A stretch of DNA of 51,774 nt. Origin: Bacteroidales bacterium (lineage in GTDB: Bacteria; Bacteroidota; Bacteroidia; Bacteroidales; UBA932). The stretch covers positions 1-51,774 of the forward strand of contig JAFOER010000006.1 in NCBI GenBank assembly GCA_017380095.1, in the 5' to 3' direction. Position numbers and translations under genes: made by a program. Positions 7,464-16,455 of this stretch are shown one piece after another. Below the pieces are notes generated by a model that had not been told where the DNA came from, made no database searches, and worked only from the letters and a program-made list of their open reading frames with translations. Position 1 is the first letter of the stretch; every line of letters starts with the position of its first letter.

Positions 7464-8096
7464 TTACTTGCCCCAAATTTCAGGATTGATTCTCCACTCC
7501 TTAAGGACATCAAGATCCTCCGGCTTAACGTAATTCTCCTCCACTGCCTTCTCCAAAAGTGCCTCATAGTGGCTTAGAGTGTGAAGCTCAACATTTGCAT
7601 TCTCAAATGCCCTGATAGACTTGATGAAGTTATAAGAGAAGATTGCAACCATACCAAGTACGTTTGCGCCAGCCTTATGCAAAGCGTCAACTGCTGCAAG
7701 GCTGCTTCCTCCGGTAGAGATAAGGTCCTCTACAACTACAACCCTTGCCTTCTCAGGAAGGTCACCCTCAACCTGAGCACCTGTACCATGATCCTTCGGT
7801 TTAGGTCTTACATAAACGAATGGAAGGCCAAGAACCTCTGCCACCATCATACCATAGGCAATGGCTCCAGTTGCAACACCTGCAATTACCTCAACATCCT
7901 TGAAATGTTTTTTGATAATCTCCACAAATGCCTCATAAACAACCTTACGTGCTGCAGGGTAAGACAAAACTTTTCTATTATCACAATAAATTGGAGACTT
8001 CCAGCCGGAAGCCCAAGTAAAAGGTTTCTCAGGACTCAACTTTACAGCTTTGATATCCAACAGCTGTTTAGCAACGATTTTTTCTATAGATTCCAT
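7464..8096 (-). CDS. pyrE: Orotate phosphoribosyltransferase
   Basis: PRPP-binding loop VVVVEDLISTGGSS. Length 210 aa and good end-to-end resemblance to PyrE. Confidence 0.92.
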   Translation of the reverse strand: MESIEKIVAKQLLDIKAVKLSPEKPFTWASGWKSPIYCDNRKVLSYPAARKVVYEAFVEIIKKHFKDVEVIAGVATGAIAYGMMVAEVLGLPFVYVRPKPKDHGTGAQVEGDLPEKARVVVVEDLISTGGSSLAAVDALHKAGANVLGMVAIFSYNFIKSIRAFENANVELHTLSHYEALLEKAVEENYVKPEDLDVLKEWRINPEIWGK

Positions 8097-8186
8097 AATT
8101 CATCATTATCTTTGTTTGCAAATATAACTAAAACCGGCATCATATATCGCGGTTACTGCAAATATAGTGAAATCATTTTAAATTTT

Positions 8187-8810
8187 ATGTACAGCATATA
8201 CTTTAACAACCGAATTTTAAGAATTTGTAACCAGGAAGCAACAAATCAGTACAACCCCAATGCCGTTGTGCTGCACTCTCCTGATGTTAAAACACTCCAG
8301 GAGCTCCCTTGTTTATTTGACAGGAACGAAAACATCAAATTGCTGTGCATATCCACTCTTCCCTGCAAATTGGAGGAAACCCTTGTCCACCTTTGCAGCA
8401 TCCTCACCCCAATAAACGCCGGCGGCGGACTGGTGCAGAACACAGCAGGAGAATACCTACTCATACACCGCAACGGTCTGTGGGACCTCCCTAAGGGAAA
8501 ACAGGAAGAGGGGGAAGATATTGCCATCACCGCATTACGTGAGGTGGAAGAAGAGTGCGGCATCACCGGCCTTGAGCAGGGAGAACTGCTGTGCATCACC
8601 CACCACACCTACCACATGAACGGCCTCCACATGCTCAAGCATACCTACTGGTACAACATGAAATATTCAGGCGACTGCACCGTTACCGTTCCCCAAACAG
8701 AAGAGGGCATCAGCCGTTGCGAATGGGTACCGGCCGCCAAACTCCCTGAATACCTGCAAAACACCTACCCTTCCATAAAGAAAGTATTTGAAGAGGCAGG
8801 GTTACTATAG
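8187..8810 (+). CDS. NUDIX hydrolase
   Basis: Nudix box GKQEEGEDIAITALREVEEECGI. The ORF 7581..8810 is an antisense-extended frame; the first plausible ATG after the pyrE start is at 8187. Confidence 0.8.
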   Translation: MYSIYFNNRILRICNQEATNQYNPNAVVLHSPDVKTLQELPCLFDRNENIKLLCISTLPCKLEETLVHLCSILTPINAGGGLVQNTAGEYLLIHRNGLWDLPKGKQEEGEDIAITALREVEEECGITGLEQGELLCITHHTYHMNGLHMLKHTYWYNMKYSGDCTVTVPQTEEGISRCEWVPAAKLPEYLQNTYPSIKKVFEEAGLL

Positions 8811-8830
8811 GGATAATTGCCAAAAAAAGA

Positions 8831-8858
8831 AAAATCTGCACTTTACCCGCAGATTTTT
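8831..8858 (+). terminator. Rho-independent terminator after the NUDIX gene
   Basis: AAAATCTGC (8831..8839) pairs with GCAGATTTT (8849..8857). The 3' arm runs into a T-tract. Confidence 0.6.
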
Positions 8859-8882
8859 ACCCTATTTACGCATATCATTATG

Positions 8883-8890
8883 TATATTTG
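8883..8890 (+). promoter_or_regulatory. Candidate -7 promoter box (TATATTTG) for the DUF4160-DUF2442 pair
   Basis: Exact TAnnTTTG match, 60 nt upstream of the ATG at 8950 and downstream of the NUDIX terminator. Confidence 0.4.
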
Positions 8891-8949
8891 TGGAGAAAGA
8901 GAGGGAGGGGTAATGATAATTTAATTATTAACCTTAAATTATTATTACT

Positions 8950-9207
8950 ATGCCACAAATCAGCAGATTTTATGGGATTATCATTTTTATGAACTTTAAA
9001 GATCACTGTCCCCCTCACTTCCATGCATGGTACAATGAGTACCGTATCACTGTCAATATCGCAGATGGAGAGATTAATGGATCTATGCCGGCACGTGCAA
9101 TTAAACTGATATTGGAGTGGTGGGAAATTAACAAGGATCAACTTACTGAGTATTGGTACAGAGCACAAACAGGCAAGCCTCTTGGAACCATTGCTCCTCT
9201 TAAATAA
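8950..9207 (+). CDS. DUF4160 domain-containing protein
   Basis: MPQISRFYGIIIFMNFKDHCPPHFHAWY is the characteristic N-terminal signature of DUF4160. Length 85 aa. Confidence 0.85.
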   Translation: MPQISRFYGIIIFMNFKDHCPPHFHAWYNEYRITVNIADGEINGSMPARAIKLILEWWEINKDQLTEYWYRAQTGKPLGTIAPLK

Positions 9208-9213
9208 GAAGAT

Positions 9214-9456
9214 ATGTTGGAAATCATTAAGGCTGAATATCTGTCTGATTACAAACTTAAGGTATGGTTCAACAATCAGCAAGTCAGGATTGTGGATTTT
9301 GAGAACAGTTTGGATGGAGAAGTTTTTGCTCCTTTGAGAGACAAAGCCTACTTCAAAGAATTCACAATTCCTTTTAATACTGTTCAATGGGATAATGGAG
9401 CAGATTTTGCTCCAGAATACCTTTACAGTATAAGTATCCCTACCTCAAATCAGTAA
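9214..9456 (+). CDS. DUF2442 domain-containing protein
   Basis: 80 aa. YKLKVWFNNQQVRIVDF...VQWDNGADFAPEYLY fits the DUF2442 pattern. Lies 6 nt downstream of the DUF4160 gene. Confidence 0.8.
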   Translation: MLEIIKAEYLSDYKLKVWFNNQQVRIVDFENSLDGEVFAPLRDKAYFKEFTIPFNTVQWDNGADFAPEYLYSISIPTSNQ

Positions 9457-10006
9457 CCACTGCAGTAGGGAAATCATCTAGATTTAGGACAAAAGAGGAT
9501 GCATCCACGGTATCCTCTTTTTTTGCATCCAGTATCCCGATAGTGTATACAGCACCGGAGGCGGCGCGGAGTTCGATTTTGTCGGGAAGGGCACCGGGAG
9601 CACCGGAAGTGGCTTTTTTGCCCCCCTTATAAGTTGTTACCGTGTAGAATTTGCCTGCATGCTGCAGGATTGCAAAGGGATTGTCCATTATCCCCTGAAG
9701 GGTTGTATTTGCCGCCGAAAGGTTGCCGTCGGAACCCGTTGGTGCCGAAGCACCCGTTGCACCGGCAGAAGCCACCTTTTGCAGCACTATTTCATCTATC
9801 TCCTTCTGGTAAATGCCTTTGGTTTCCCCGTCAGATACAACGAGCATCTGGGGTGTTTCCATACGGTAGGAATCGCCGATGGCAAGCACCGTGCCGGAGC
9901 CTTCATACATAACTTTCCCAGAAGGTTCAACTGCCTTGAAGCTGAAAGATAAAGTGGCGCCCGCAATGAGGAACGCCACTAAAGTGTTTATGAATCCGTT
10001 AGCCAT
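9440..10006 (-). CDS. lolA: LolA-like outer-membrane lipoprotein carrier protein
   Basis: Lies directly downstream of ftsK, the conserved Bacteroidota arrangement. Has a signal-like N-terminus (MANGFINTLVAFLIAG) and a beta-rich body. Start moved to the ATG at 10006, which overlaps the ftsK stop by 8 nt. Confidence 0.6.
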   Translation of the reverse strand: MANGFINTLVAFLIAGATLSFSFKAVEPSGKVMYEGSGTVLAIGDSYRMETPQMLVVSDGETKGIYQKEIDEIVLQKVASAGATGASAPTGSDGNLSAANTTLQGIMDNPFAILQHAGKFYTVTTYKGGKKATSGAPGALPDKIELRAASGAVYTIGILDAKKEDTVDASSFVLNLDDFPTAVVTDLR

Positions 10007-12473
10007 AAATATCCTTGATGTTTGCAAGACGGGCGTCCAGCTCGCTAAGATCGCCAACCAGTACCTGGCGGGCCTTGCTTCCCTCGTATGGCCCTACGAT
10101 TCCGGCAGCCTCAAGCTGGTCCATTATTCGTCCGGCCCTGTTGTAACCGAGGTTCATCTTGCGCTGGATTAGGGATGTTGAGCCCTGCTGATGCATCACT
10201 ACAAGTTTTGCAGCATCTTCAAAGAGGGAATCCCTCCTGTTGAGGTCAACCTCACCTACTCCGCCATCGTCTTCCTTGTCCTCTCCCACATACTCAGGCA
10301 AATAGTGTGCCGTAGTGTAACCCCTCTGGTCGGCTATGAAGTCCACTACCCTCTCCACCTCCTTGGTATCTATGAATGCACACTGTACACGGGTAAGTTC
10401 GCCGCCAATTGAAATTAGCATATCTCCTTTACCTATCAGCTGGTTTGCACCGGTCTGGTCGAGAATTGTCCTTGAATCCACACTCGAGCGTACCATAAAC
10501 GCTATACGGGCAGGGAAGTTGGCTTTGATGTTACCTGTAATTACACTTGTGGTAGGTCTCTGGGTTGCTATTACAAGGTGGATACCAATTGCACGGGCCA
10601 GCTGCGCCAGACGTGCTATAGGCTCCTCTATCTCCTTGCCTGCTGTCATAAGAAGGTCTGCAAACTCATCTATTACCACAACTATATAAGGCAAGAAACG
10701 GTGTCCTTTAAGAGGGTTGAGTTTCCTGCTGAGGAATTTCTCGTTATACTCCTTAATGTTCCTTACGTATGCAAGTTTGAGCAGATCATACCTTGCATCC
10801 ATCTCCATACACAAGGATTTGAGGGTGTATACAACCTTCTGTGTATCTGTAATCACCGGCTCGTCCGCATCGGGGAGCTGTGCAAGGAAGTGTTTCTCCA
10901 GTTTTGAATACAAAGAGAGCTCCACCTTTTTGGGATCCACAAGAACCAGTTTCATCTCCGACGGATGCTTGTAGTAGAGCAACGAGGTAAGGATTGCATT
11001 CAAACCTACAGATTTACCCTGTCCTGTAGCACCTGCAACAAGAAGGTGAGGCATTTTTGCAAGGTCGAAATGCATTACGTCGTTGGTAATTGTCATACCC
11101 AATGCAACCGGAAGGTCATAGCTCTGTGCCTTGAACTTCTCGTCATCCAATACAGAAAGCATTGATACCGTGCTCGGCTTCTCATTTGCCACCTCAATGC
11201 CAATTGCATTGGTTCCTGGCAATGTTACCACACGCACGCCCTTTGCAGCCAATGAAAGCTGAATATCCTCCTCAAGCCTCTTTATCTGTGCCACACGCAC
11301 ACCCGGAGCGGGAACAATCTCATACAAGGTTACGGTAGGTCCCACACGGGCAGAAATCTTGGTTATCCCTATCTTGTAGTTTGCAAGGGTCTTTACAATC
11401 TGCCTGTTGTTCTTCTCCAGCTCCTCACGGGTTACTGCAAACCATTTGTCCTTGTAATCCTCAAGCAATGTAAGCGGCGGAGCCTGATATGAAGACAAAT
11501 CGAGCCTTGGGTCAAACGGCTCCATTTCAAATGCCTCTTCCTCTGCCTCCTCCTGGGTTACAGGGGATTCGTCGGGAGTAGAAAGAACCTCCACCTCAAG
11601 TTGTTCCTCATGTGGTTCTTCCTGTGGTTCTTCCTGTGTATCAAATTCAAGGAATTCCTCTTCCCTGCTCTCTTCAAATTCTCCGCCAACCACTTCAAAT
11701 GGAGGGTTTACATCCTCATCAGCAGCCTCCTCACAAGTTACCGGAACCTCAACATCCAGTTCTGTGAACAGATTGCCTACTGGTGCAACATCTTCAGGAG
11801 CAACCTCAGGTTCCGCAATCTCCTCAACAGGTTTCGGTTTAGGGGTTGTAACTCTCTCTATCCAGTTGTAGAAACCATCAATTATCCTGCCGTTTACAAG
11901 TATAAGCCATACAACAAGAAGTGTGAGCACTATGCTTCCTGTACCCACAGCTCCAATCATATTGTTGAGCCAGCTTATTACAAAATAGCCGTATGAACCG
12001 CCGGCACCACCGCCAAAGAGGTCGTCAGCTTTTGTAAACGAGAAGATGTACGAAAAGGCCAGCGATACAAAAATACAGCCCAATACAGAAAGGAGCAAAA
12101 ACCTCAATAGCCTTATCTTCTTTATATTCAAACAATAAAGTGCTACCCCCAAAAAGAAGAACGGTACAATGAATGCGCCAAGGCCAAACAACCTTGCAAC
12201 AAGGAAATTTGCCCACACAAGCCCCAGTTTACCTCCCTGGTTCTCCACATTCACGGCAGTACTGAACATCTCCCTGTCATGGAAGAGGCTCTGGTCATCT
12301 GCCCATGTAAACACAAAAGAAATAAGGGAAATGAGGGTATATACCGCCACTATAAGTGCCAGCAGACCACATACAAGATGAAAAGCGTCACGCTTTTTTG
12401 GAACCTGCGTCTCCGCCTTTGCCTTAAGTTTGTCCTCTTTTTCAAGTTTGGTTTTCGTCACCTTCCTAGCCAT
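9999..12473 (-). CDS. ftsK: DNA translocase FtsK/SpoIIIE
   Basis: N-terminal TM segments, an acidic linker, Walker A GATGQGKS, Walker B VVVIDEFADL and a C-terminal gamma domain. Confidence 0.93.
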   Translation of the reverse strand: MARKVTKTKLEKEDKLKAKAETQVPKKRDAFHLVCGLLALIVAVYTLISLISFVFTWADDQSLFHDREMFSTAVNVENQGGKLGLVWANFLVARLFGLGAFIVPFFFLGVALYCLNIKKIRLLRFLLLSVLGCIFVSLAFSYIFSFTKADDLFGGGAGGSYGYFVISWLNNMIGAVGTGSIVLTLLVVWLILVNGRIIDGFYNWIERVTTPKPKPVEEIAEPEVAPEDVAPVGNLFTELDVEVPVTCEEAADEDVNPPFEVVGGEFEESREEEFLEFDTQEEPQEEPHEEQLEVEVLSTPDESPVTQEEAEEEAFEMEPFDPRLDLSSYQAPPLTLLEDYKDKWFAVTREELEKNNRQIVKTLANYKIGITKISARVGPTVTLYEIVPAPGVRVAQIKRLEEDIQLSLAAKGVRVVTLPGTNAIGIEVANEKPSTVSMLSVLDDEKFKAQSYDLPVALGMTITNDVMHFDLAKMPHLLVAGATGQGKSVGLNAILTSLLYYKHPSEMKLVLVDPKKVELSLYSKLEKHFLAQLPDADEPVITDTQKVVYTLKSLCMEMDARYDLLKLAYVRNIKEYNEKFLSRKLNPLKGHRFLPYIVVVIDEFADLLMTAGKEIEEPIARLAQLARAIGIHLVIATQRPTTSVITGNIKANFPARIAFMVRSSVDSRTILDQTGANQLIGKGDMLISIGGELTRVQCAFIDTKEVERVVDFIADQRGYTTAHYLPEYVGEDKEDDGGVGEVDLNRRDSLFEDAAKLVVMHQQGSTSLIQRKMNLGYNRAGRIMDQLEAAGIVGPYEGSKARQVLVGDLSELDARLANIKDIYG

Positions 12474-12475
12474 CT

Positions 12476-13129
12476 CTATTTATTGTTTTTCCACCTTTTG
12501 CCGTTATTGTTCTGCTTTCCTCTGTTATTGTTGTTGCCGCCATTGTTGCCGTTATTCCTGTGCGGCCTCTGCTGCTGATTCATTCCCATTCCTATATGCA
12601 CACCCTCAGGAACTGTAATCCTGCCGTCTGAAAGTTTGTATATATCATTGAAAATTGTCTCCTCAGAAACTGAATCCTTGTTCCAGATAAGGTACTGCTG
12701 CTTCATGTACGAGGCAAGTGTCTTTATCATATATGTCTTAACCTCATCATCTTCCCTCTGCGCAATAACCTCTATCATATTCTGTATGTTGCGTCCGTAA
12801 TGTGCAGCCTTTACAGGGGTCTTCTGCAACGGAATGGGACTTGGTGCAGTAGAGAGGCTCTCCCTTGTAGGTGTAGGGTAAGGGGAGTCAATATCTATCC
12901 TGAAATCCGAAATCACCTGCACATGGTCCCACAGCTTGTGCTTGAAATCATTTATGTCCCTCAACTGCGGGTTAAGCGTACCCATCACCTGAATTACAGA
13001 CTGTATCTGCTCATTGCGCTTCTCCTTGTCCGGCAAAGAAGCCACATATTCCACCATCTTCTGCACATGCCTTCCGTACTCCGGCATGTTAAGTTTCTCT
13101 CTCTGTGTATTATAATCCAATTCCTCCAT
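12476..13129 (-). CDS. DUF4290 domain-containing protein
   Basis: YNTQREKLNMPEYGRHVQKMVEY is the typical DUF4290 N-terminus. Has an N/G/K-rich C-terminal tail. The track start at 13153 is TTG; ATG is at 13129. Confidence 0.75.
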   Translation of the reverse strand: MEELDYNTQREKLNMPEYGRHVQKMVEYVASLPDKEKRNEQIQSVIQVMGTLNPQLRDINDFKHKLWDHVQVISDFRIDIDSPYPTPTRESLSTAPSPIPLQKTPVKAAHYGRNIQNMIEVIAQREDDEVKTYMIKTLASYMKQQYLIWNKDSVSEETIFNDIYKLSDGRITVPEGVHIGMGMNQQQRPHRNNGNNGGNNNNRGKQNNNGKRWKNNK

Positions 13130-13162
13130 ACTCAAATCACATATATGTTGCAAACAACAAAA

Positions 13163-14116
13163 TTACTCAATATTTGCCATCTTCTCAACAAAATATCTTG
13201 GTCTTCTCTTTACCTCCCTGTATATCTTGCCAATATATTCTCCAATAACGCCAATTGCAGTAAGAATTGCACCTCCAATGAACCACAAAGAGACCAGCAG
13301 CGATGTCCATCCCGGAACAACATGCCCTACTGCATACTCATACAGCGCATAACATATAATTGCCAATGCTACAAAAATGAACAATACTCCCGACGATGTT
13401 ATGAGCCTCAACGGCTTTATTGAAAACGAGGTAATTCCGTCAATTGCAAAACTTAGCATCTTTGAGAAAGGATACTTTGATTCCCCTGCAAAACGCTCGT
13501 TGCGGCTGTAGTAAACATACTCCTGGCTGAATCCCAGACTCCTGACCATACCCCTGAGGAACAGGTTGCGCTCCGGATGGGCAACAAGAGCCTGTAGCGC
13601 CCTGCGGCTCATAAGGCGGAAATCTGCATGGTTGTACACCACATCCCCACCCATAGTGCTCATAAGCTTATAGAACATCTGTGCAGTATGTTTCTTGAAG
13701 AAAGTATCTGTCTTGCGCTCATTCCTCACCCCATAGACAACTTCAAAACCCGCATTGAACTTCTGTCCCATCTCCACAATTGCATTCACGTCATCCTGCA
13801 GATCCGCATCAATGGAAACAATGGCATCAAACTCACTCTGTGCAGCCCACTCCAATCCTGCCCACAAGGCATTCTGGTGCCCCACATTATGCGCCAGTTT
13901 CAATCCCATCACCCTTTTGTTGCTTCCCGACAACTCTTCAATCAGCCTCCAGGTAGCATCCTTGCTTCCGTCATCCACATACAGGAACATTCCCTTGGAA
14001 ATTATACCATCCTTCTCCATCCTCTCCACAACAGAGGTAAGCTGGCGTGTAGTCTCGTGCAGAACCTCCTCCTCGTTATAACAAGGGACAACAATTACAA
14101 GTTTAGTGTCATTCAT
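13163..14116 (-). CDS. Family 2 glycosyltransferase, polyprenyl-phosphate sugar transferase type (ArnC/GtrB-like)
   Basis: VVPCYNEE, DDGSKD and DADLQDD motifs plus two C-terminal TM helices. The track start at 14143 is TTG; ATG at 14116 overlaps the GtrA stop by 8 nt. Confidence 0.85.
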   Translation of the reverse strand: MNDTKLVIVVPCYNEEEVLHETTRQLTSVVERMEKDGIISKGMFLYVDDGSKDATWRLIEELSGSNKRVMGLKLAHNVGHQNALWAGLEWAAQSEFDAIVSIDADLQDDVNAIVEMGQKFNAGFEVVYGVRNERKTDTFFKKHTAQMFYKLMSTMGGDVVYNHADFRLMSRRALQALVAHPERNLFLRGMVRSLGFSQEYVYYSRNERFAGESKYPFSKMLSFAIDGITSFSIKPLRLITSSGVLFIFVALAIICYALYEYAVGHVVPGWTSLLVSLWFIGGAILTAIGVIGEYIGKIYREVKRRPRYFVEKMANIE

Positions 14117-14498
14117 CGTTATTGCGTTTATTTTTGAATACAAATTTTACCAATATAAAGTTTACCGGTATGGCAATTGCAAACACAGGCAGCGGTGCCC
14201 ATTTTGCCCCCACTCCAATCCAAAGGAACAGATTGAGAAGTACCATATGCAGCAGGTAATTCACCCCGTGGGCCCCCGCCATACCAAAAAGTTTCTTCCA
14301 CGACGGTGCACTTCCAAAAGTGAAATATGATGTGAGGTAAAAATTAACCACAAAACTCAGAAGGTAACCCACCGTATAGGCAATGTTTACATTAATGGCC
14401 ATCTGCAGAAGGAAATAGATTCCGTAGTGGAGAGCAGTACATACACCTCCCACTATTCCAAAACGGACAAATTCCCATATTACAGGATTAATCTTCAT
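14109..14498 (-). CDS. GtrA family membrane protein
   Basis: 129 aa with four TM segments. FVRFGIVGGVCTALHYGIYFLL is the GtrA-like N-terminus. Confidence 0.8.
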   Translation of the reverse strand: MKINPVIWEFVRFGIVGGVCTALHYGIYFLLQMAINVNIAYTVGYLLSFVVNFYLTSYFTFGSAPSWKKLFGMAGAHGVNYLLHMVLLNLFLWIGVGAKWAPLPVFAIAIPVNFILVKFVFKNKRNNDE

Positions 14499-16455
14499 CT
14501 GTTATCCTCCCCTGTCTTACAAGATACTCTGTACTCTGGAGCATTGAGAAGCAGTACTCCTTGAGCATCCTGTAGGTATCGTTGTCCTCCTCCACTGCAA
14601 TCTTTCCACCCACATGCCTGTACCTGAATTCCTGGCCGGTCTCAGGCGAAAATATATAAACCCTTTCAGAATCGCGTGCCGCAATGAGGTTATCTGCAGT
14701 ATAGAACATGCAAGGTCTCTTCTCATTAAGGAGATCAACACCAAAATTAATCTGAGTATATCCCACACCCAACATTCCAAGTATTGTAGGGGCAACATCT
14801 ATCTGCCCTCCAAAAGCACCGTTTACGCCCTTTTCTATCCCTTTCCCGTAAATCATAAGAGGCACATGGTTATACGACTGCGGCATCTCGCTCTCCGGAG
14901 TACCCACAAGCTTGCCGTGGTCACCCAAAAGGACAAAAATTGTATTGTCAAACCAAGGCTCCTTACGGGCCTGGGCAAAGAATTTCCTTATGGACCAGTC
15001 TGCATACTCAACAATGGCATCCTCCATCTTCTGTGAACGTGGAGTAAAATACTCAGGTATAACATACGGAGGGTGATTGCTTATTGAAAGCAACGCAGCA
15101 AAGAAAGGTTCCCCGCTCTCCGCCCTTGCATTCAGTACAGGGAGGGCGTACTCATAAAGGTAATCATCCTGCACGCCAAAATGGTTTGCTATCTTCTCCT
15201 TAGGGTAATCCTCCTGGGCAAATATCTCGTCAAATCCGTTGGTACGGAAGAATGCATTCATGTTGTCGTACTGGCTCTCGTGGGTCATGAAGAACATGTT
15301 GTGATATCCGTTATCCTTCAATATTGTCGGGAAGCCGCAATAAACGGGAATCACACTACCCTTCATTGCATTGCGCTTCATTATGGTAGGGAATGAATAC
15401 AGGGTGGAGTACATTCCGTGATTGGTGTGGATTCCGGCAGAGTAAATGTTGGTAAACAGAAGCGATTCACCTGCCAAAGAATCAAGGAACGGGGTAAGGT
15501 TGCCACTGTTGCCGAAAGTACCCATAAGATTGGCACTCATGGATTCCATAAAGATGAACACAATGTTCCTTTTCTGTGGCTGTGCCGCCCCCTCAACCTT
15601 TCTGGCAATTGGGGAAACTGACTCAATGCCCTCCCTGCCAAGGAGTTTCTGTGCTGTTGCAAGCGCCTCCTCAACAGGCATCACATCAAGGAGCTTGTTC
15701 TCCTTGCGCTGGTCGTCGAGATAACTTGTAAGAAGGTTGAACACCGGATTTACACCCAACTGGTTAAGGAAAGGATCTGTGCAGTAGTATGCCTGGCTCA
15801 CCTTAATTGGATTGTATCCTGTACGCCCCCTTATTCCAAAAACGCACAAGCCTGAAACAACTGCTCCAAGCAGAAGAATTGACGCAAAGTTCTTTATGGT
15901 ATATGGCAATACCGGCTGTTTGCTCCTTTTATAGAATACCATTGCCAGCTTGCATACTGCAAAACCGAATCCCACTACAGCCGCAAAGCCAAGTGCTATT
16001 GGGAAATAGTAAGAACTCTCTCCCACAATCATTCCGGCTGTTGTTCCGGCATAGCCGAACCAGTTGAAGATTGAGGAGTTTATGATCTTGAAGAAATACT
16101 CAAAGTACGGGATATTGGCCGCCGTAAATGAAAATGCAATGGCGTACATTATTGCAAACCACCATCCGGCAAACCTGTAAAGCCATTTTGCAGTATAGTT
16201 GAACAGGGATGCCACCCACATTACCAAAAGTGGAAGGGTAAGGATATAGCAGGCAATCACGTTGTCAAACCACACTCCCTTTACAAAGGCTATACTCTGG
16301 AGAAACCAATCTGCACTGATCTCCTGCGGAAACTCATAACTTGTTGTAAGGAAGAGTACCAGACGGAAAATTCCAAACACAAGCAGTGCCAGCAGATGCA
16401 CGGTAACAAGATACCCCAATGCTGTGGTAAATTTCTTTATAGGGCTCCTTTTCAT
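14488..16455 (-). CDS. LTA synthase/sulfatase-family membrane protein (phosphoglycerol or phosphoethanolamine transferase-like)
   Basis: An N-terminal multi-TM region followed by an alkaline-phosphatase-superfamily domain (NIVFIFMESMS, LLGDHG). Confidence 0.8.
   Translation of the reverse strand: MKRSPIKKFTTALGYLVTVHLLALLVFGIFRLVLFLTTSYEFPQEISADWFLQSIAFVKGVWFDNVIACYILTLPLLVMWVASLFNYTAKWLYRFAGWWFAIMYAIAFSFTAANIPYFEYFFKIINSSIFNWFGYAGTTAGMIVGESSYYFPIALGFAAVVGFGFAVCKLAMVFYKRSKQPVLPYTIKNFASILLLGAVVSGLCVFGIRGRTGYNPIKVSQAYYCTDPFLNQLGVNPVFNLLTSYLDDQRKENKLLDVMPVEEALATAQKLLGREGIESVSPIARKVEGAAQPQKRNIVFIFMESMSANLMGTFGNSGNLTPFLDSLAGESLLFTNIYSAGIHTNHGMYSTLYSFPTIMKRNAMKGSVIPVYCGFPTILKDNGYHNMFFMTHESQYDNMNAFFRTNGFDEIFAQEDYPKEKIANHFGVQDDYLYEYALPVLNARAESGEPFFAALLSISNHPPYVIPEYFTPRSQKMEDAIVEYADWSIRKFFAQARKEPWFDNTIFVLLGDHGKLVGTPESEMPQSYNHVPLMIYGKGIEKGVNGAFGGQIDVAPTILGMLGVGYTQINFGVDLLNEKRPCMFYTADNLIAARDSERVYIFSPETGQEFRYRHVGGKIAVEEDNDTYRMLKEYCFSMLQSTEYLVRQGRITDED

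Larger units (their letters stand above)
8811..9456. other. AT-rich insertion carrying the DUF4160-DUF2442 pair
   Basis: GC drops visibly between the NUDIX terminator and the lolA-like 3' end. Confidence 0.5.

Noticed and set aside
7581-8186. 5' extension of the NUDIX reading frame (ORF 7581..8810, GTG start)
   Set aside because: The extension is antisense to pyrE and has no similarity to NUDIX N-termini. The real start is most plausibly the ATG at 8187 in the pyrE-NUDIX divergent spacer.
8878-9387. 169-aa minus-strand ORF
   Set aside because: It is antisense to the DUF4160 and DUF2442 genes, both of which carry family-specific signatures. This is an open frame in an AT-rich region with no motif.
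9440-9456. Convergent 3' overlaps (9440..9456, 38418..38441, 44343..44353), considered as possible mis-called gene ends
   Set aside because: In each case both partners have recognisable family signatures up to their C-termini, and the overlaps are short. I accept them as genuine compact convergent ends.
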